From a virus (taxonomy: Duplodnaviria; Caudoviricetes): DNA of 64,000 nucleotides. Below are positions 59,197 to 64,000 of the stretch, one piece after another. A model generated the notes under the pieces. That model searched no databases. It had not been told where the DNA came from and saw nothing but the letters and a program-made list of their open reading frames with translations. The DNA is taken from positions 96,001-160,000 of the IMG/VR virus record IMGVR_UViG_3300031813_000003; one strand, 5' to 3'. Positions within the stretch are counted from its first letter, which is position 1; every line of letters begins with the position of its first letter. The position numbers and the translations under genes are program-made.

Positions 59197-60282
59197 ATGA
59201 ATGTAAATGTAAACGAAGTAGAAGCAAATGAAGTGACTGATAGAGATTTACTAGCTGTAGTCTATAAAGTAGAAAGGCTAGAAGCAATCCCTAACAAAGA
59301 TCGGATCGAACTTGTTCACCTGAAGGACTGTGGATATACTTGTATCTGTGAAAAAGGTCACACCGTAGGAGATTTGGTTGTATTCATCAAGTATGATACA
59401 ATTCTCCCTAAAATCGAAATGTTTAACTGGATGGCAGAATCTAAATACCGTGTTAAACCAAAATCCTTTACAGAGAGGGATGAAGAAGATAACGTAGTAA
59501 AGAAGATTTACAGTCAAGGTATTGTTATCCCCTTTCGTGTAGTTTCTGAATATATTGAATGTGATGATATCAATATTCGTTTTGAAGGTGCTGACCTAAC
59601 TTCATATCTAGGAATCGTCAAATACATTGCGCCTGTATCAAATGGTGGAATGGGTAATATGCAGTCAAAGGGTGATTTCCCTACCCACAAAGTATCAAAG
59701 ACAGATGAAATGAATGTCTGCTCTAAGATGAAAGCATACGCTGAAATTCAAGGGCAAGAAGTTTACATCACTCAGAAGATCGAAGGTTCATCTGTTACTT
59801 TCTTCTGTGAAGATGATGAACTAGTTGTTTGTAGCAGAAACAACATCCTTATTGAAACTGAGGGTAACAAGTTTTGGCAAGGAGTTAAGAAGTACGATAC
59901 TAAAACTTTGTTCACTGATCTTCCTTGGTTGATTTGTCAGGCTGAACTTTATGGCCCAGGAATTCAGAAAAACAAACTAGGAACTGAATCTGTTGATATT
60001 ATGATCTTCAACATGATTGATGGAAGAACTAGGCAGAAGCTTGGTTACTACCGGATGATTGATATCGCAGTTAAATATAAGCTTCCTCTTGTTCCACTAA
60101 TTTGTTGTATCCAAAGTTTTGATTGGACTTTTGAACAACTTCAAGAATTTACTGATAAACAGAAGTACCCAAATGGTGAACTAGCTGAAGGTGTTGTTAT
60201 TCGTCCAGTAGAACCATTCATCAGTAAGGTTCTCCATGAAGAATGGTCCCTCAAATGTATTTCAAGAGAATACAAGCTTTGA
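59197..60282 (+). CDS. RNA ligase, Rnl2/DRB0094-like
   Basis: N-terminal IP..DRIE domain; KTDE; TQKIEGSS (motif I Lys); ELYGPGIQKN; EGVV; LKCIS..Y. Confidence 0.9.
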   Translation: MNVNVNEVEANEVTDRDLLAVVYKVERLEAIPNKDRIELVHLKDCGYTCICEKGHTVGDLVVFIKYDTILPKIEMFNWMAESKYRVKPKSFTERDEEDNVVKKIYSQGIVIPFRVVSEYIECDDINIRFEGADLTSYLGIVKYIAPVSNGGMGNMQSKGDFPTHKVSKTDEMNVCSKMKAYAEIQGQEVYITQKIEGSSVTFFCEDDELVVCSRNNILIETEGNKFWQGVKKYDTKTLFTDLPWLICQAELYGPGIQKNKLGTESVDIMIFNMIDGRTRQKLGYYRMIDIAVKYKLPLVPLICCIQSFDWTFEQLQEFTDKQKYPNGELAEGVVIRPVEPFISKVLHEEWSLKCISREYKL

Positions 60283-61076
60283 TAGAATACACTAATGGAC
60301 AATTTGGCACTATTGCTCCTGTTAAAGATATCTTCGATTTCCTTTATGAAAAGAGTGACTTCGAAGGTATCAAGGCAGTGCATATAGGGGAAGTCGAAGA
60401 ACTACAACGAATCAGACAGAATAAAGTATCAACTGAAGCTTTATGTGATCGTCTTGATGAACTTGAAAGAGAATTAGCTACACTTAAACCCAAAGGGATA
60501 GTGAAGAGGAAAGAAGACGAAGAACCTATTGCCACTCGTAGGACATATCCTGTGAGTCCTGAACGTCCTTCTAGCCCTGTTAATACCACATCTGTATCAA
60601 TGGATCGTCCTAACTATCATCACACTCAGAATGGCACTCCTGTTCGTTCCTATGGTAATGCAACAGCACCAGCACCAGCACCTGTTCATAACACAACTAT
60701 CATCAACAACGGTGGAAACAGTGGAAACAACAATGGTGGAGATTTTGTAACTGGAATGATGGCAGGGGCATTGCTCGACAACGCACTTTCCAGTAACCAT
60801 CACCATGATCGTGAAGTTGTGGTTGAGCGTGAGTACGTACCTGTTCGTGAAGTAGAAGTGCGTGAAACTGAAACATCCAGATCGACTTGGGATACACCTA
60901 AAGAAGAATCCAAATCCAGTTCATGGGATGCACCTAAAGAATCATCACATTCCAGTTCATGGGATGATCATTCTAGTAGTAATAGCAGTTCATGGGATAA
61001 TAGTTCTTCATCAGATTCCAGTAGTTCTTGGGGTGATAGCTCATCTTCAGACTCTAGCGGCGGGGGTGACTGGTAA
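60279..61076 (+). CDS. Hypothetical protein with a low-complexity Ser/Trp/Asp repeat tail
   Basis: Probable TTG start; GMMAGALL segment; repeated SSSWD. Confidence 0.6.
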   Translation: MIEYTNGQFGTIAPVKDIFDFLYEKSDFEGIKAVHIGEVEELQRIRQNKVSTEALCDRLDELERELATLKPKGIVKRKEDEEPIATRRTYPVSPERPSSPVNTTSVSMDRPNYHHTQNGTPVRSYGNATAPAPAPVHNTTIINNGGNSGNNNGGDFVTGMMAGALLDNALSSNHHHDREVVVEREYVPVREVEVRETETSRSTWDTPKEESKSSSWDAPKESSHSSSWDDHSSSNSSSWDNSSSSDSSSSWGDSSSSDSSGGGDW

Positions 61077-61171
61077 TGACATTCACAGTACTTTATTTGA
61101 TAGGATCAGGAATTGTGATTGGGTTAATTATAGGGCATTGGTTGTGGAAACCTAAAAAGGAGACTAAATAA

Positions 61172-61513
61172 ATGAACGATGTAACTAAAGTAGTTGTATG
61201 TATTGTTGGGTTTGTTGTGTTCATCATCGGAATCAGTTGGATTTCAATGGGCAATGAATTCATGTTATACAAATATTTTGCGCCTAAGCAGGAAGCAGTA
61301 CGGACCAAGGTTTATCGTGAGTCCCAAGCTCAACAGGATGGTATGATAAACGAACTTCAGAAAATGCAGATTGAATATGCATCTGCTAGTCCTGAAGGTA
61401 AATTAATCATTGCAGATGCTGTAGTTTCACGGTCTGCTCAATTCACTGGACAACTTACTCCTAGTCTTGATGCTTTCGTTTCCAAATGTAAGGCGCAGAA
61501 AGGAATCAACTAA
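61172..61513 (+). CDS. Membrane-anchored hypothetical protein
   Basis: N-terminal TM helix; FAPK.E.VR..V..ESQ....G. Confidence 0.7.
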   Translation: MNDVTKVVVCIVGFVVFIIGISWISMGNEFMLYKYFAPKQEAVRTKVYRESQAQQDGMINELQKMQIEYASASPEGKLIIADAVVSRSAQFTGQLTPSLDAFVSKCKAQKGIN

Positions 61514-61514
61514 A

Positions 61515-61676
61515 GTGATCAACAAGAAAGGGTTTGCCCTAATAGAACTTATCATTGTGGTTGCTATCGTAGGAATTCTTATTGCCATTGCTGTACCACA
61601 ATACATAAATTACCATAATCATGGATATATTCAGAATGATATCAACACTCAAAGGAATCCTGATTACCGACCATAA
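61515..61676 (+). CDS. Mini type IVa pilin (6-aa leader, 47-aa mature), Geobacter PilA-N-like
   Basis: GTG start after AAGGA; MINKKG/FALIELIIVVAIVGILIAIAVPQY (class III signal, E5, G14, P22). Confidence 0.85.
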   Translation: MINKKGFALIELIIVVAIVGILIAIAVPQYINYHNHGYIQNDINTQRNPDYRP

Positions 61677-61869
61677 GGGATTTGGTGTAGTAGAACTTAT
61701 AATTGGGATTGTTATAGTAGGACTAATACTAGCTATTATTCCTGCTGTAACATACCTTCACATAGTGAATTATATCACACCTAAAGCTTTAGAATCAAAT
61801 CAACATCGTTATGGATATATTCATAGGGATTTTGACTCACATCGTAACCCTTACTATAAAGAATATTAA
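61621..61869 (+). CDS. Second pilin-like protein (62-aa mature; start uncertain)
   Basis: HKG/FGVVELIIGIVIVGLILAIIP; C-terminal motif shared with the upstream pilin. Confidence 0.7.
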   Translation: MDIFRMISTLKGILITDHKGFGVVELIIGIVIVGLILAIIPAVTYLHIVNYITPKALESNQHRYGYIHRDFDSHRNPYYKEY

Positions 61870-61882
61870 AGGAAATAAAAAA

Positions 61883-62419
61883 ATGAAAAATGTTGTTATG
61901 TTTATGTGTCTGCTTGTTAGTTGTTCACTGTTTGTAGGGTGTAAAGAAAAACCTATCCATCAAACTGCGGATCAGCAAATTAACCGTCAACAGGAAGGAA
62001 TGGCTCAACAGGCAAACAAAGAAGCTGGTATGCCTGGGATTTCTAACTTCACCGAAAAGAAAACCATGCGTAAAATCCTTGAAAAACGTGATTCTGCGAA
62101 CCTTGTAACTTATGGCTACATCTGGTCACCTATGCTTGCTAAATTTCGGTTTGTCGGTATTGGTTATGGGTATCCACTTCCTTATGCAACTCAGTACACC
62201 AATCCTACGAGGATTGCTAGGCATGACGAAGTTCCATATGTTGGTAATGTAACTCTTCCCCAAGCTGACCCTACAGGTCTTTGGAGCCCTGCATCAGCTG
62301 ATGCAACTTGGTGGTTGATGATGGATGAAGAAACCAAAAGTGTTGACGCTGAATATTTTGAAGAAAGAATCAATGTTGTTCTTCATAAACTCCCTAAGCG
62401 TATGGTTATCCAAGATTAA
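61883..62419 (+). CDS. Conserved phage lipoprotein
   Basis: Lipobox LFVGC; GMP.I.NF.EK, PYATQYTNP, PQADP.GL. Confidence 0.75.
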   Translation: MKNVVMFMCLLVSCSLFVGCKEKPIHQTADQQINRQQEGMAQQANKEAGMPGISNFTEKKTMRKILEKRDSANLVTYGYIWSPMLAKFRFVGIGYGYPLPYATQYTNPTRIARHDEVPYVGNVTLPQADPTGLWSPASADATWWLMMDEETKSVDAEYFEERINVVLHKLPKRMVIQD

Positions 62420-62428
62420 TACAAACTG

Positions 62429-62490
62429 AATCCTTTTTGGAGCAATAAATAAAGTTGAAGTTGACTAAAATTTATTGCTTCAAAAGGATT
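62429..62490 (+). promoter_or_regulatory. Late-promoter-like AATAAATA inside an SD-sequestering hairpin upstream of phoH
   Basis: AATCCTTTTTGGAGCAATAAAT/ATTTATTGCTTCAAAAGGATT. Confidence 0.6.
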
Positions 62491-62492
62491 TT

Positions 62493-63980
62493 ATGCCAAA
62501 GATTTATGTACTTGACACAAATGTTCTGCTCTTAGATGGAAACGCAATCAACAAATTCGAAGAAAACATCGTAGTTATCCCTCAACCTGTTCTAAATGAA
62601 ATTGACAAACACAAAAAAGACCCTGATGGTGAGATTAGATACAATTCTAGACAGTTCTCTAGGAACGTAGATGAATTAAGGAAACAAGGAAGTCTATCAA
62701 ATGGTGTTCAGCTAAATGATCAAGGTGGAATGCTGTATGTAACTCTATTTGATGATAATGTAGCTTCATTATTACCCTTCCAAGATATGTCCTATATGGA
62801 CAACCGTATCCTTGCTTGCGCTTTATATGTTCAAAAAAATAACTTTTGTGAATTAGGTGAAGAAGTATATGAGGTTGTCATTGTTTCTAATGATACCAAC
62901 ATGCGTATTCTTGCTGATATTTTTGGTCTTCAAGCTGAAGACTATAAAAATTCTAAAGTACAAAGTGATGAACTATACACAGGGATTCAACATATCTATG
63001 TTGACCAACAGTGTATTGACTTGATGTATACCCTAGGAAAATTCGATCTAGCTGATGCTCAACCATTCTTAGATGATTCACATTTGGGGGTTTCATTTAA
63101 TATTACTGATGAATATATATCATATGTACCTTCCCCAAATGAATGTTTTGTATTTCATTCTCTATCAAATACAAAACAAAGTGCGTTGACTAGGTACAAC
63201 TCTGTAATGAAAGAGTTTAGAGTACTTCCACAAGATATGAAAACTTGTGATGCTCTTCCACGTAGTGCTGAACAAGCATTCGCATTGGATATTCTTAAAG
63301 ACCCTGAAGTATGCTTAGTATCTCTTAACGCCAAGGCAGGGTGTGGTAAAACTTTCTTAGCCCTAGCTGCTGCAATACATGGTGTGATGGAAACCCATAC
63401 ATACAACAAAATCCTACTTTTAAAGCCTATTGTGCCAATGGATAATAGTCATGAGCTAGGATTCCTCCCAGGAGGTCTAGACGAGAAGCTTGGACCTTGG
63501 ATGGCATCTTATGCAGACAACATCGAACAGATAATGTCCAAGTATATCAAAGAAGATGGATATGACAAAGGGAAGAAACCAAAGAACAAGAAAGAAGAAA
63601 AGCAACAAGATGATTACTTTGAGAAACAACAAGGTAAAACTAGCCCTATTCAGGAAATGATTGCTTTAGGATTGCTTGAATTTGGATCACTAGAGCATGC
63701 TAGAGGGCGAAACTGGAGCAACACATACGTCATCATAGATGAAGGACAAAATACCAGTAAAAGCACAATGAAGACCATTCTGACACGTATTGGGGAAGGA
63801 TCAAAGATTGTAGTTATGGGTGACCCTAGCCAGATAGATTCTCCATACCTTGACAGTAAGAGTAATGGACTTGTGATAGTTCAAGACCTTTTTAGATCAT
63901 CTGACCTAGCAGGGCATATCACCCTAACAAAATCTGAAAGAAGTAAACTTGCAGAACTAGCAGCTGAACTACTAAACTAA
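62493..63980 (+). CDS. phoH: PIN-PhoH (PhoH2-type) protein
   Basis: YVLDTNVLL (PIN), DNRIL, AGCGKT, GFLPG...EK..PW, RGR, IDEGQN, TRIG, GDPSQID, ERS. Confidence 0.93.
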   Translation: MPKIYVLDTNVLLLDGNAINKFEENIVVIPQPVLNEIDKHKKDPDGEIRYNSRQFSRNVDELRKQGSLSNGVQLNDQGGMLYVTLFDDNVASLLPFQDMSYMDNRILACALYVQKNNFCELGEEVYEVVIVSNDTNMRILADIFGLQAEDYKNSKVQSDELYTGIQHIYVDQQCIDLMYTLGKFDLADAQPFLDDSHLGVSFNITDEYISYVPSPNECFVFHSLSNTKQSALTRYNSVMKEFRVLPQDMKTCDALPRSAEQAFALDILKDPEVCLVSLNAKAGCGKTFLALAAAIHGVMETHTYNKILLLKPIVPMDNSHELGFLPGGLDEKLGPWMASYADNIEQIMSKYIKEDGYDKGKKPKNKKEEKQQDDYFEKQQGKTSPIQEMIALGLLEFGSLEHARGRNWSNTYVIIDEGQNTSKSTMKTILTRIGEGSKIVVMGDPSQIDSPYLDSKSNGLVIVQDLFRSSDLAGHITLTKSERSKLAELAAELLN

Positions 63981-64000
63981 GGACTTTATGTTACCATCAA

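Noticed and set aside
1-64000. Alternative genetic code (TAG reassignment)
   Set aside because: Long early and late genes have no in-frame TAG, and TAG serves as a normal stop (e.g. 47938, 58866); only one isolated in-frame TAG was seen.
1-64000. tRNA or rRNA genes
   Set aside because: No cloverleaf or rRNA-like stretch was recognised by eye; tRNAscan was not run.

Overview
This window is 64 kb of a large, AT-rich T4-like myovirus genome, almost entirely on the + strand. Replication and transcription core: primase gp61, DNA polymerase gp43, a Dda/RecD-like helicase, gp33, SSB gp32, type II topoisomerase (gp39/60 and gp52), ThyX and class II NrdJ. Structural block: gp25, gp6, further wedge-like proteins, a tail fibre and its chaperone. 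The rest is a large accessory complement. A Geobacter-type MucR, a PilA-N-like pilin, a sigma54 promoter, the B12-dependent RNR and four radical SAM enzymes point to an anaerobic Desulfuromonadia/Geobacter-like host (inference). The most striking signals are as follows. (1) An RlmN/Cfr-like radical SAM enzyme stops before its catalytic C-terminus and lacks the resolving Cys. The missing AACGQL segment is encoded 5.6 kb downstream as a separate 39-aa peptide absent from the ORF track. Between them lie two more radical SAMs, a methyltransferase and two paralogous Cys-terminated small proteins. (2) Two tandem mini type IV pilins, one in exact register with Geobacter PilA-N. (3) The same G-AUAGA-C hairpin lies upstream of both NAD-salvage genes. 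(4) Many promoters are embedded in anti-Shine-Dalgarno hairpins. (5) A CoaD-kinase fusion. Several small indels in homopolymer or TA runs suggest assembly errors. All family assignments come from motif recognition by eye; no searches were run.
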